A stretch of DNA of 64,000 nt from Candidatus Tectimicrobiota bacterium (GTDB taxonomy: Bacteria > JACPUC01). Position 1 is the first letter of the stretch. Each line of letters opens with the position of its first letter. Made by a program: the position numbers and the translations under genes. The stretch is from contig JACPUC010000007.1 in the NCBI GenBank assembly GCA_016192455.1, forward strand, positions 132,720-196,719, written 5' to 3'. Below the pieces are notes generated by a model. The model was not told the DNA's origin. It worked only from the letters and a program-made list of their open reading frames with translations, and ran no database searches. Shown here in pieces: positions 30,171 to 39,821 of the stretch.

Positions 30171-31571
30171 TCACGGCCTGGAGTCGGTCGGCGCCACCGG
30201 CGCCGCGGCACCCACGCCAGGAGCCGCCGGGGTCCCCTGCTCGGAGCGCTCCCTGCCGCGCGCCGCCGCGGCGCTTCTGCCGCTGCGCTGCGCGTCGCCC
30301 GCGAACGAGGGGCGCGCGCCATCCTGTCGGCTCAGCACCTCGATGAAGTCCCCATCGGTAAGGAGCTCCTGGCCTGCGGAGACGATGCGTTCTCCCGGCC
30401 GCAGCCCGCTGCCGACAAGGTACTGCGTCCCGAACCTTGGGCCGAGGGTGATGAAGCGTTTGACAGCGACCTGCCGCTCGAGGTCGGCGACAAACAGGTA
30501 GGCGCTTGAATCAGCATCCTGCATCACAACGTGCCGCGGGATAAGGAGCGCCTGCGGGTAGTCGCGCACCTTGATGCGCAGCTCCACGAACATGCCGGGA
30601 AGCAGCGTATGCTCGGCATCGTTCGGCACCAACACCTCAATGGGGAAGGTGCGGCTGCGCAGGTCGCTCTCCACGCCGATGTTGTCAAGCACCCCCGAAA
30701 AGCGACGCGGCGGATTCCGCTCCAGTACCGCCACGACTTCTTGACCGGAGCGAAGCAGGGCGACGTCCTGCGCCGAGACGGTCGCCACCCCCTTGACCTT
30801 CGAGAGATCGACCACCGTGAAGAGAAGTTGGCCGATGGCGACCCGATCGCCGACGTTGACCCGCTTCTCACTCAGGAACCCCTCGAAAGGGGCATGCACC
30901 CTGGTATCGCGCAGGGCTTCGTCGGCCCGGTCGAGGTCGGCCTTGGCGGAGGCCAGCTCGGCCTCAACCAGGCGCAGCCGGGCATCGCCCCCCTCGAGGT
31001 TGGAGACGGCCTGCTCGTACTCCCAGCGCGCATTTTCCAGGTCGCGTCGGGCGAGGTCCACGGCCTGCCGCGACACGAAGCCGCGCTCCTCCATCGCCAG
31101 TTTGCGCTGCAGCTCCGTCTGCGCCAGCTTCAGCTTCTCCCGGGCGATTTCGAGCAGCTTCTGCTTGCGGCGCAGCTCGGTTTGCTCCAGCTCCACACTC
31201 GCTTGCTGGCGAGCCAGGAGGGCGCGTTTCTTGTCGCGATCGATGCGGAACGGCACATCCTTGATCTGCAGGAGGAGCTGCCTGGGGCGCACGCGAGCCC
31301 CGAGTTCGACGCCGGGCGGCATCGCCACCACTTCCCCCGGCACCTCCGCGGCCAGGCGCGCCCGGCTGAGCGGCTCCACGGTGCCGTTGACGCGCACGTA
31401 CTGCGTGAAGGGGAGCTGCTCCACCTGCTCCACCTGCACCGCGACACGGCGCGGCGGCGGCGCAACAGAAGGCGGCGGCTGAGGCTTCAGGGTGACGATG
31501 AGATACCCGCCCACCCCGGTGGCCAGCGCCGCCGCACTCATCAGGAGACCGCTCAGCACCCTCTTCGTCAT
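30171..31571 (-). CDS. RND periplasmic adaptor (membrane fusion protein)
   Basis: N-terminal TM, AEVPGEV and TRVHAPFEG lipoyl halves, long coiled coil, LLPGMFV, GLRPGERIV. Confidence 0.92.
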   Translation of the reverse strand: MTKRVLSGLLMSAAALATGVGGYLIVTLKPQPPPSVAPPPRRVAVQVEQVEQLPFTQYVRVNGTVEPLSRARLAAEVPGEVVAMPPGVELGARVRPRQLLLQIKDVPFRIDRDKKRALLARQQASVELEQTELRRKQKLLEIAREKLKLAQTELQRKLAMEERGFVSRQAVDLARRDLENARWEYEQAVSNLEGGDARLRLVEAELASAKADLDRADEALRDTRVHAPFEGFLSEKRVNVGDRVAIGQLLFTVVDLSKVKGVATVSAQDVALLRSGQEVVAVLERNPPRRFSGVLDNIGVESDLRSRTFPIEVLVPNDAEHTLLPGMFVELRIKVRDYPQALLIPRHVVMQDADSSAYLFVADLERQVAVKRFITLGPRFGTQYLVGSGLRPGERIVSAGQELLTDGDFIEVLSRQDGARPSFAGDAQRSGRSAAAARGRERSEQGTPAAPGVGAAAPVAPTDSRP

Positions 31572-31973
31572 CGTCCCTTGTACTCGCCTCGCACCTCTTC
31601 CCCCTCTTCTGTCTCGTGATCACCGTGCAGGGCGTCGGTGCCTGCTCCTGACAGAAGGGCTGCAGCGATGCGACGTTGCCCTCTCCTGGCTTTCTCCAAC
31701 CTCCCTTGCAGGCAGTTGCCGGCGATGGGATAATCCTTTTCTACTCCTGAATGTTGCACCGCCGTGGGGTGGCCGCCAGCGCAAAGCGCGCGGCAGGAAA
31801 CCGAAGCCGGGTGGGGCGACGCGGTGCTGGCGCCGCGAGCGGCAACCGGCGCCGCAGGAGAGGCCGGCAGGAGAGGGAGATCAACGCGTCCCAGGGGGGT
31901 GAACCGCGCCTGTGGCACGTCCCCTCGCCGGCGCCCCGCGTAGCGGTCCTTGAAGCCTACCTCAGGACGCGCC

Positions 31974-32984
31974 ATGGAAAACGTTGCGCTCCCCTTTCAA
32001 AACCCGCGCGCCGCGGAGCTGCAGGCCTTGGCCGAGTCCCTCAGCCCTCTCCTCTTCTTCGGCACCTCCACCTGGACGTACGAGGGCTGGCAGAACCTCG
32101 TCTACTTCCGCTCCTACGCCCGGCATGAGTTTGCGCAGCGTTGCTTGGAAGAGTACGTCCAGTTTCCGCTCTTCCGCACCGTCGGCATCGACCGCTTCTT
32201 CTACGCCCCTCCTGAGCGCGCCGACCTGGAGCGTTACGCCGAGCAGCTCCCCGAGGGGTTCCCCTGCGTCATCAAGGTCTGGGAAGAGATCACCGTGCCG
32301 CGCTTCGCAAAGCTCCCGAAACGGTACGGCGAGCGCGCCGGCAAGCCCAACCCGAATTACCTCAACGCGGACCTCTGCTGGAGCGCCGTCCTGCAGCCGT
32401 TTGCGCGCTTCCTGCCGAAGCAGCCGAAGGTCTTCGTGTTTGAGTTCCAGCGCGCCTTCCCCGGCTGGGACGCGGATTTGCCGGAGTTCCTTGACCGTCT
32501 CGATCGCTTCCTCGGCGAGCTGCCGCGCCGCTATCGCTATGCCGTCGAGCTGCGCACCGCGGCGTTCCTTCACCCTGACTACGTCGCGTGCCTGCGCCGG
32601 CACAATGTGGCCCACTGCTTCAACCACTGGACCCATATGCCGCCGCTGGGCGAGCAGCGCCGGCGCCTTGGAGAGGCTTTCGGCAAGGTGCCCGGAGGGT
32701 TCCTCCTCTGCCGCCTCCTCACCCCCGTCGGCCTCGAGTATCGCGATGCCGTGGCTCGGTTCGAACCCTACGAGCGTTTGCAGCTCGATCTCCCCTCCAT
32801 GCGGCGCGAGGTGCTCGAACTCTGCGCCGAGGCCGCCCAGGACAAGCTGCCGGCCTTTGTCCTGGTCAACAACCGCTCCGAAGGCTGCGCGCCGCTGACC
32901 ATTGAAGCGCTGGCGCACCTGGCCCTCGCCTATGAAGCTGCCGATGGAGCGACGCTGTTGGCACGGAAGAGGGTCGAGCGCTGA
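31974..32984 (+). CDS. DUF72 (YecE-like) protein
   Basis: FGTSTWTYEGW, LEEY...FRTVGIDRFFY, YAVELR, VLVNNRSEGCAP. Confidence 0.88.
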   Translation: MENVALPFQNPRAAELQALAESLSPLLFFGTSTWTYEGWQNLVYFRSYARHEFAQRCLEEYVQFPLFRTVGIDRFFYAPPERADLERYAEQLPEGFPCVIKVWEEITVPRFAKLPKRYGERAGKPNPNYLNADLCWSAVLQPFARFLPKQPKVFVFEFQRAFPGWDADLPEFLDRLDRFLGELPRRYRYAVELRTAAFLHPDYVACLRRHNVAHCFNHWTHMPPLGEQRRRLGEAFGKVPGGFLLCRLLTPVGLEYRDAVARFEPYERLQLDLPSMRREVLELCAEAAQDKLPAFVLVNNRSEGCAPLTIEALAHLALAYEAADGATLLARKRVER

Positions 32985-33285
32985 GGCTGGGGCGGCGAAG
33001 AGATTCGCTGCGGACCGCTTCGGTGGGCCAGCCCGCTTCTGGCAACGCCGCGCGCCGCGCGGATGGAGAGGAGCTGAGCCGGCAGCGGGCACCCCGAGGA
33101 TTGCGAGAGCCTGCTCTCCCGAAGCTGCGCCGCTCCGGGATGCAAAACGCCGACGGTCAGGCGGAACACGGCGGCGGGGGAGCCGTTCGAGCTTCGTCAG
33201 CCGCCGCCCCCCGGGCGCGCCAAGCGACAGCGCCGCCACGGCGACGTGGCGGCGCTGCATCCCCTCGATCTCCGCGGCGCGACGA

Positions 33286-34035
33286 TTACCCCATGGAGAG
33301 ATTGCACTGCGGAGGCACGTCGATATCGAGTTCCTCTCGCCTCGGCAAGCGCAGGCCCGCTCTCTTCAGGACGGGGCGCACATCGTCGAGCCAGGCGGCG
33401 GCGATCTCGCCGCTATCGCGCGTCTTCAAGCCGACCTCCAGACAGTAGCGGTTGCCCGGCGTGCCGGCGCGTCCGAAGATGCGCATGGCGCCGACGAACC
33501 AGGTCTTCAGCCGCGCCTGGAACTGGGCGCGCACCGCTGGGTCCTTGCAGAGTTCCAGCAGGCACGCCTCGCCAAAGTTCTGGTGCCCCTCTTCTTCGGC
33601 GACGATGCTGCGGTTGGCTCGCGCCAAGGGCTCGTAGGTCCCCTTCACGTACTCGCTGAGCTGGAACGTGGCCGCCCGATCAATGAAGAAGTTGAAGAGG
33701 GTCGCCTCGATCCAGTCATGGATCTGCTCATTCGCGGGGTCGTGCGTGAAGCGGCTGCCGGCAGGGAGGCGGTTCTTCAGGTAGGCGTCGATGTCAACGC
33801 CCAACTCCGCCATGAGATCCGCGATTGCCTTGAAGTGCCGGACCTCCTCCCCGGCGAAGCGCAGGAGGCGGAGCTTATCCTCCACCGTCGGCGCGAACTG
33901 CAGACACTGACCAAAGACCTCGGAGGTGGAAATTTCCCGGCTCGCCTGCCGGTCCATGAGGGTGATCACCATCTTCCGATAGGCGTCGGTCATCTCCCGC
34001 GGCTTCGTGATCATTTTTTGGGTCGCTTGGCTCAT
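33286..34035 (-). CDS. PaaA/PaaC-like ferritin-fold diiron protein
   Basis: AP..EDK...FAGEEVRH, DRAA..QL, YEPLAR....I..EEEGH..FG, W....M.IFG. Confidence 0.8.
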   Translation of the reverse strand: MSQATQKMITKPREMTDAYRKMVITLMDRQASREISTSEVFGQCLQFAPTVEDKLRLLRFAGEEVRHFKAIADLMAELGVDIDAYLKNRLPAGSRFTHDPANEQIHDWIEATLFNFFIDRAATFQLSEYVKGTYEPLARANRSIVAEEEGHQNFGEACLLELCKDPAVRAQFQARLKTWFVGAMRIFGRAGTPGNRYCLEVGLKTRDSGEIAAAWLDDVRPVLKRAGLRLPRREELDIDVPPQCNLSMG

Positions 34036-34130
34036 CACGCTCCCTTCCCTTTCGCAAGGATTGCAGAATGCATCAGGTCGTTGGCGCCGCAACACACCAA
34101 ACTCCAATGACGCGGGTTCACAAAGTTGTT

Positions 34131-34159
34131 AGTGTAGGAATTTGAGCCAGACCCGTCAA
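34131..34159 (-). promoter_or_regulatory. Putative sigma70 promoter of the PaaA-like gene
   Basis: Minus strand TTGACG-N17-TACACT. Confidence 0.55.
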
Positions 34160-34398
34160 GCTGCTTGCAACCTTGGAACGCGTTCCTTCGCCAGCACTCC
34201 GGCGCGGCGTTGTCCCACTTCGCGCCCGCGGCAAGCGTGGCGCGCTCGTTCTCCTGGCGAACGATGAGCGGCTTCGGTATCCTCGATCCCCGTGCCAGCG
34301 CAGCGGCTTGACCCGGGCGTCCACGCGTGACCTTCCCCTGCGCCGCCGACGTTTCCATCGTGAACGCTGGATCGACGCTCTCCGTTGAGGTTCCTGAC

Positions 34399-35547
34399 AT
34401 GCCCCTGCCGACGCCTTTCTTCAAGCGAGAGCTGTTCAGCGGCATTCGCGCCGTGGAGCTCTATGTGCCAGGCCGCGGCAATGACGAGGTGGCGAAGGAG
34501 TTTGGACTTGATGCCGCGACGGTTCTGAAGCTGGCCTCGGCCGAGAACCCGCTGGGACCCTCCCCCCTCGCCCTGGCGGCCATGCAGCGCGCCCTTGCCG
34601 GCGCGCACCAGTACCCCGATATGCAGCAGCAACGGCTGCGCGAACGAGTCGCGGCGTACAATGGCATCGACCCCAAGAACGTGTTCGCCGGTGCCGGCGA
34701 GACCGAGATCATGTCGCTCATCATCCGCACCTTCTCTACGGAGGCCCAGGAGGTGCTCACACCGTTGCCGGGATTCCCGATGTACGAGCTCTACACCCGT
34801 GCGCTGCGCCGGCGTCCCGTCCACTACCCTCTCGATGATGCCTTCGACCTTGAGGTGGAGGCCCTGCTCAGCGTCGCCGGCGAAGAGAGCGCCATCGTCT
34901 TCATCACCACGCCGAACAACCCCACCAGCAAGACGGTGCCGCGAGCGACCATCGAGGAACTCATCGAGCGCTTGCCGAATCACGCCGTTCTGGTGGTTGA
35001 CGAGGCTTACAACGACTACTCCAACCAGCCTCCCTGCCACGATCTCGTGCGCCGCTGCGAGCGGCTCATTGTCCTGCGCACCTTCTCAAAAGCGTTCGGC
35101 CTGGCTGGGATGCGGGTTGGCTATGCAATCGCCGACGCGCAAGCGATCGACCTGCTGCGGCGCGCCTCGAATGCCTGGAACCTGAGCACCCTGGCGAGCG
35201 CCGCGGCCATTGCGGCGCTGGACGACACCGAGCACCTCCGGCGCAGCATCGACACCGTGCGTCTGAGCCGCAGCCGTCTTGTCGAGGCCTTCGCGTCGCA
35301 CCCCTCCTTCTCCATTGTGCGCGAGCCCGAGGCCAACTTCATCCTCGTGAAGAGCCTTGAGCCGAGGTGCACCTCAGTGGCGCTCTTCAAGGCGCTCCTG
35401 AAGCTCGGCGTCATCGTCAAGGACTGCGCCGTCGGGTACCGGGGCCTGGGCCGCTACCACCTGCGCATCGACGTGCCGCGTCCCGAGCGGATCGATGAGC
35501 TGATGGGGCGCCTTGACCGTGCCCTGGCAGGCATTCCGAAGTACTGA
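34399..35547 (+). CDS. HisC-like PLP-dependent aminotransferase (class I/II)
   Basis: KLASAENPLGPSP, YPD, TPNNPT, VVDEAY, RTFSKAFGLAGMRVGY. Confidence 0.88.
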   Translation: MPLPTPFFKRELFSGIRAVELYVPGRGNDEVAKEFGLDAATVLKLASAENPLGPSPLALAAMQRALAGAHQYPDMQQQRLRERVAAYNGIDPKNVFAGAGETEIMSLIIRTFSTEAQEVLTPLPGFPMYELYTRALRRRPVHYPLDDAFDLEVEALLSVAGEESAIVFITTPNNPTSKTVPRATIEELIERLPNHAVLVVDEAYNDYSNQPPCHDLVRRCERLIVLRTFSKAFGLAGMRVGYAIADAQAIDLLRRASNAWNLSTLASAAAIAALDDTEHLRRSIDTVRLSRSRLVEAFASHPSFSIVREPEANFILVKSLEPRCTSVALFKALLKLGVIVKDCAVGYRGLGRYHLRIDVPRPERIDELMGRLDRALAGIPKY

Positions 35548-35558
35548 GCGCCCAGGCC

Positions 35559-35856
35559 CCTTCCTGCTTGAGCGAAGTTCCGCCGGAGATCAGCCCAGCG
35601 GGCGGCAGTCGCTCAATCCCCCCGTCAGTGGACCGGCGGCAGGGAGGTCGAGCGCTCGAGCACCACTATGCTCAACGCCCACCTCCGTCGGCGCCTCCCC
35701 GCCTACCTTGCCGGACTCGGCACGCTGCTAGCCGAGGGCGGCGAGACCGAGAGCAGCGGCGTGGCGTCGTTCAACGTCGTCAGGTCGAACGACGGTTTCA
35801 GCGCCGCGCGCCAGGCCCCGAAGCTGCCCGCCCACCTCGGTGAGTCCGGCGTCGCG
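35559..35856 (+). pseudogene. Decayed internal fragment of a hydantoinase A/oxoprolinase gene
   Basis: Frame 35641 reads REVERSSTTMLNAH...FNVVRSNDG...LPAHLGESGVA, aligning by eye with REFERTSTTVMNAY...FLIMQSNGG...FPVSMVESGPV of the intact gene at 54704-56785; the preceding SCLSEVPPEI lies in another frame. Confidence 0.7.
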
Positions 35857-36531
35857 GAAGTTCTCTTCCTGCCGCTGGTCGAGTTTGAGCGTAGGCGAGA
35901 CTACCGCGCAGGCTGGCGAAGCCGCACGCTCCGGGAGCGAGCCTTCATCCCGCACCTGCGTGTCGGTAATGGCACGCAGACAGGTGCAACAGCCAGGCAG
36001 GCAAGGGACGCGATCTTTCGCGGCACGACGTCTAGCAAGGGCGGTAACCAACGTTATGCCCGCTTCCAGAAACTTGTGAAAATTCGCGTGCATAGCATAA
36101 TTCTATGTATGAGAGTATCGTTGAAATCTTCGACCTCTTGGGGAGTGCTGGAGACGGCGTCCCGAGGGGCGTTACCCATGATCGCAAACGTTCTCGTTGG
36201 AGAGGTGGCAGCCGTTCGAGATTCCCATCAAACGTCGATGGGGCGCGGTCTGTCGCAAAAAATGCTTCAACCTGCCTGCGTGAGATGGGGGAGGACAGGA
36301 CCGCAAGGATATGTCGTAACGAGGGGGGCTGAGGAGAAAGGCGCCAAGGTTCATGACTGGCACGTTGAGATGTGGTGATGCTGACACTGCCTGTCGGGGA
36401 CAGCGCGGGGTGAGCTTGCGCCCCGATCTCCTGTCGGCAGTTGTAGCGGCGGCCTGCCTTGCTACCCACGTGCTCGGGTCTGGGGGCCGCCGGATCCCCC
36501 TCTCTGAAAGCCTCATCGGGAGGATGGAATC

Positions 36532-37383
36532 ATGGCGAACAGTTCGGCTCAGCCTGGGAGCTCAAGCTATGGCCAACTCTTTGCGCGCGAGTGTATTCGC
36601 GCCGTGCCATGGCTTGTCATGTCTTTCATCATCCTCATCCTGGCCTATGCGATTGTGGTGCGTCCCATCAACAACGCCTATCAACGCACCGTTGGCCAGT
36701 TCATCTCCTTCGCGATCGGCAAACCCGTGGACGGGCTGACGCCACTGAACGCGGCGCAGATCAAGGAGGTTCGGGAGAACCTCAAGACCGCGTTCAGGTA
36801 CGCAGCCGCCACCCCCATGCAGCAGGTCCTCACCTTCCTCGACAACAAAGAGAACCGCCAGCGCCTCGAAAAGAGCATGCGACGGGCGATTCGCATCGCC
36901 CTGACGGCCGGCCTCGAGGAGTCAGCCAAGGTGGTCAGGAAAAAGAATCTCGTCCAGCGCGCCAGCACGAAGGCAAAGAAAGGCCTTGAATTCGCCGCCA
37001 GCACGATGTTCGGGGAGGCCGCCGAAAAGGTGCCCACCGCGCTCGTGCCGAAGGTGAAACAGGCGATGAGAGAGAACATCGAATTCACCCTCGACACGTT
37101 CCTGCGCGGTCTCCAGACCTCGCCGCTGCTCCCAAAGGCAAAGCAGAACACGAAGGAAGCCATCGAGTTCACCAGCGAGACGCTGTTCCGCAAGATGCGC
37201 CACGTTTTCCTCGGCGACCCCAAGTTCGTCCAGGAGATGAAGCAGAACTTCAAGGAAGCGATTGACTTCGCCGCCCAGCGCTGGGCAGACTACATGCTGG
37301 AAGACTTCCAGGCGGCGCCCGCCGAAGGGGACAAGCAGCCTCAACGGAATGCCCCAGGTGGAAGGGCGACTCCAGGCAGGTAG
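36532..37383 (+). CDS. Hypothetical single-TM protein with repeated amphipathic helices (KQNxKEAI[ED]F-like)
   Basis: TM AVPWLVMSFIILILAYAIVV; repeats KQAMRENIEF, KQNTKEAIEF, KQNFKEAIDF; GGAGG upstream. Confidence 0.8.
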   Translation: MANSSAQPGSSSYGQLFARECIRAVPWLVMSFIILILAYAIVVRPINNAYQRTVGQFISFAIGKPVDGLTPLNAAQIKEVRENLKTAFRYAAATPMQQVLTFLDNKENRQRLEKSMRRAIRIALTAGLEESAKVVRKKNLVQRASTKAKKGLEFAASTMFGEAAEKVPTALVPKVKQAMRENIEFTLDTFLRGLQTSPLLPKAKQNTKEAIEFTSETLFRKMRHVFLGDPKFVQEMKQNFKEAIDFAAQRWADYMLEDFQAAPAEGDKQPQRNAPGGRATPGR

Positions 37384-37471
37384 CACGGCCGCCATCCATG
37401 CCCACCCACGACGGGAAGAGGGCGCCGCTCTCCGGCAAGCACCGCACCCTGGGCCGGACGGGCGGAGCGGC

Positions 37472-38179
37472 TCAGCCCTCGGCGCGCAGCAAGGCGTTGG
37501 CTTGCCGCAAGTCATCGCGGGTATTGATATTGAAGAGCGAGCGGCGTAGGACGGCGAGTCGGGCGACGCCGCCCCAGGCAGGATCAACCGCATCGACGAC
37601 GCGCGTCGCCACCATCGCGTAGAGGACGTCAATGCGCAGTCGCCGCGCCTCCAGGAGGTGCTCAACGGCGGGCAGACAGCGGCGGTGATAGAAGGCGTGG
37701 AGCGTGTGGAAGCGACCGTCAACGAAGGGGACGACCACGTCCGGGAGCGTTGCCTCTCCACGATCGCACCAGGAAGGCTCCGGCGCGGCGGCTGCGGCGC
37801 TGGGCAGCGGCGTTCCGCGGCAGGCCGCCAGGGCGCGGACGGCGTCCGCTGCGAGGAAGGGCATGTCGCAGCCGACGATGAAGCACCAGGGACTGTCGGC
37901 ATGCCGCAACGCGGTGTAGATGCCACCGAGTGAGCCGAGCCCGGGACGGTCATCAACCACACTTGGGATGCGGAGCGAAGCATAGACCTCCGGCGTATTG
38001 GTGACGAGGAGCTGGGCGCGAAAGAGCTCGCGCAGCACGCGCGCGACGCGCTGCGCCAGCGGCATGCCGGCAAGGGGTTCCAGCGCCTTGTTGCGACCGA
38101 ACCGGCGGCTCTGGCCGCCGGCAAGGATGACGCCGGTGCAGTCATCGAGAGCTGGAATACTCCTTCCGCGGCTGGCCAT
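37472..38179 (-). CDS. mobA: Molybdenum cofactor guanylyltransferase
   Basis: GVILAGGQSRRFGRNKAL, GSLGGIYTAL, VGCDMPF, LHAFY, FNINT..D. Confidence 0.9.
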   Translation of the reverse strand: MASRGRSIPALDDCTGVILAGGQSRRFGRNKALEPLAGMPLAQRVARVLRELFRAQLLVTNTPEVYASLRIPSVVDDRPGLGSLGGIYTALRHADSPWCFIVGCDMPFLAADAVRALAACRGTPLPSAAAAAPEPSWCDRGEATLPDVVVPFVDGRFHTLHAFYHRRCLPAVEHLLEARRLRIDVLYAMVATRVVDAVDPAWGGVARLAVLRRSLFNINTRDDLRQANALLRAEG

Positions 38180-38321
38180 GGGGGAATCCTCAGGAGCGCC
38201 GCCGTGCCCTCTGCGCGCTGGGCCGGCAGGCGCCCGTGCCTGTAGTATGGCATGAAGCAGCCGCTCCGCAAGGCGAGAATCGAACGCCGCCGCGCCTTGC
38301 GGCGTCTTCGAGGGAGGGACG

Positions 38322-38771
38322 ATGGACGCCTCGCCAACAATCTTCGATGACGCCATCCCGGTGGGCACCACGTTTCCACCCTGCGAGTTCATCCTGGAGC
38401 CGGAGCGGGTGCGCCATTACGCCGCCGCGGTGGAGGCCGACAACCCCCTCTACCATCAGGCGGCCGTCGAGGCTAGCGGGCCGCACCCCGGCGCCGTCGC
38501 CCCACCGACCATCGCGGCAATCTACGTGCGGCACGCCTACAGCAAGGCTGCCAGCCCCATCCCCGGCACCGTCCATGCCAGGCAGGCGTACCGTTTCCAC
38601 CGTCCGCAGCGCGCCGGGGACCGCTTGACCCTGACCGCAACGCTGGTGGAGCGCTACGTTCGGAAGGAGCGCATCTACGTCGTCATCAGGACTGTCGCTA
38701 CAAACCAGCATGGCGAGCTCGTCACCGAGGCAACGAACACGGTCTTTCTGCCGCACAAGAAGGCGACGTAG
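38322..38771 (+). CDS. MaoC-like hotdog-fold protein (likely non-catalytic partner type)
   Basis: YAAAVEADNPLY, VAPPT, VHARQ.YRFHRP..AGD, NQHGELV. Confidence 0.85.
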   Translation: MDASPTIFDDAIPVGTTFPPCEFILEPERVRHYAAAVEADNPLYHQAAVEASGPHPGAVAPPTIAAIYVRHAYSKAASPIPGTVHARQAYRFHRPQRAGDRLTLTATLVERYVRKERIYVVIRTVATNQHGELVTEATNTVFLPHKKAT

Positions 38772-38918
38772 CGGCGTCGCCGCGGCGGCGCTGCCAGGAG
38801 AGTCAACGTTGGCGACGTGGTCTGGCGCAGCCGCGGCGCCGGCCCGCGGACTGCTCTCCCGTCGGGCGACAGCGGCGAGGTGCTCCAACGACGCGGAAAC
38901 CAAGCCAGGAGAAGCGCG

Positions 38919-39326
38919 ATGTTCACCGAGTTTGTCGCTGGGACCCCTCTCCCGGTGCGGCAGCGCCTGGTGACGCAGGAGAAGATCAACGCCTACGCCG
39001 AGGCGTCGGGAGATCATAACCCCATCCACACCGATCCTGAGTTCGCCAAAACGACGATGTACGGCGGCACCATCGCGCACGGGCTCTACACCCTTGCCTT
39101 CCTCTCGGAGATGTTGGGGAGCGTTTTCGGGCCGGCGTGGCTCAGCGGCGGAAGTATCGACATCGCTTTCTTGCGCCCCGTGCGCCCCGGTGACACGATC
39201 AGGACCGGCGGCGCGGTCACCCGCGGCGAACAGGTCGAGGGAAAGCAGAGGCTGCTGTGCGAGGTCTATTGCGAAAACCAGCACGCCGAAAAAGTCCTTG
39301 CCGGCTCCGCAACCATCGAGTACTAG
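38919..39326 (+). CDS. MaoC family (R)-hydratase/dehydratase
   Basis: Hydratase motif YAEASGDHNPIHTDPEFA...IAHG, FLRPVRPGD. Confidence 0.92.
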   Translation: MFTEFVAGTPLPVRQRLVTQEKINAYAEASGDHNPIHTDPEFAKTTMYGGTIAHGLYTLAFLSEMLGSVFGPAWLSGGSIDIAFLRPVRPGDTIRTGGAVTRGEQVEGKQRLLCEVYCENQHAEKVLAGSATIEY

Positions 39327-39459
39327 CAGGCGCCGCAGCAGAAGCGGCTCAGAGCCGACTGTAACGGATGGTGAGCAAATTCCCTCCTGGCACTGAGAAA
39401 AGACATCGGATCGACTTCGCGGCGCCGGGTCCACCCTCTCCTTTTCGGGTCGGGAGGTG

Positions 39460-39500
39460 ATCCGCAGATTGCGCAGATTTCACGGATTGAATCGGCGTAA
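39460..39500. repeat. Short 9-nt tandem repeat (CCGCAGATT-like)
   Basis: CCGCAGATT GCGCAGATT TCACGGATT followed by AATCGGCGTAA. Confidence 0.45.
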
Positions 39501-39780
39501 GAGGATGATCCGCCCCGTCAGTCTTCCTGTCATCCTCCTCTCACGAGAGCAACTCGGTACCTCCTGTCGCCGCGCGGCGCGTCCCGTCAAGAACTCCGCC
39601 ATCAAAAACCTCGTGTAATATCTTAAATTTACACTCGTATACTATTGATGTAATTGATATCTAGTTCAAGTTTTTTACTGCCGTGTTAGGGCTTTGAGTA
39701 GCTGTGCTTCTGCCGCTCAGTTGCTTCTCGAGGAGTGCGCCGCCGAACTGTTCCCGGCGATGCCTCGACTCGTGAGGAGA

Positions 39781-39821
39781 TTGTTACAGGGATGTCACGC
39801 GGCGTTCAAGGAAATGTCACA
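39781..39821 (+). promoter_or_regulatory. Pho-box-like PhoB/OmpR-family binding site
   Basis: TGTTACA/TGTCACG/GTTCAAG/TGTCACA at 39782, 39793, 39804 and 39815 (exact 11-bp period), upstream of pstC. Confidence 0.7.

Noticed and set aside
31913-31930. TGGCACG as a sigma54 -24 element (also near 35970, 36358 and 45498)
   Set aside because: None has the GC of the -12 element at GG-N10-GC spacing.
35668-36378. 236-aa ORF as a real gene
   Set aside because: Only the first ~60 codons resemble hydantoinase A; the rest runs through promoter-like DNA, so it is treated as a pseudogene fragment.
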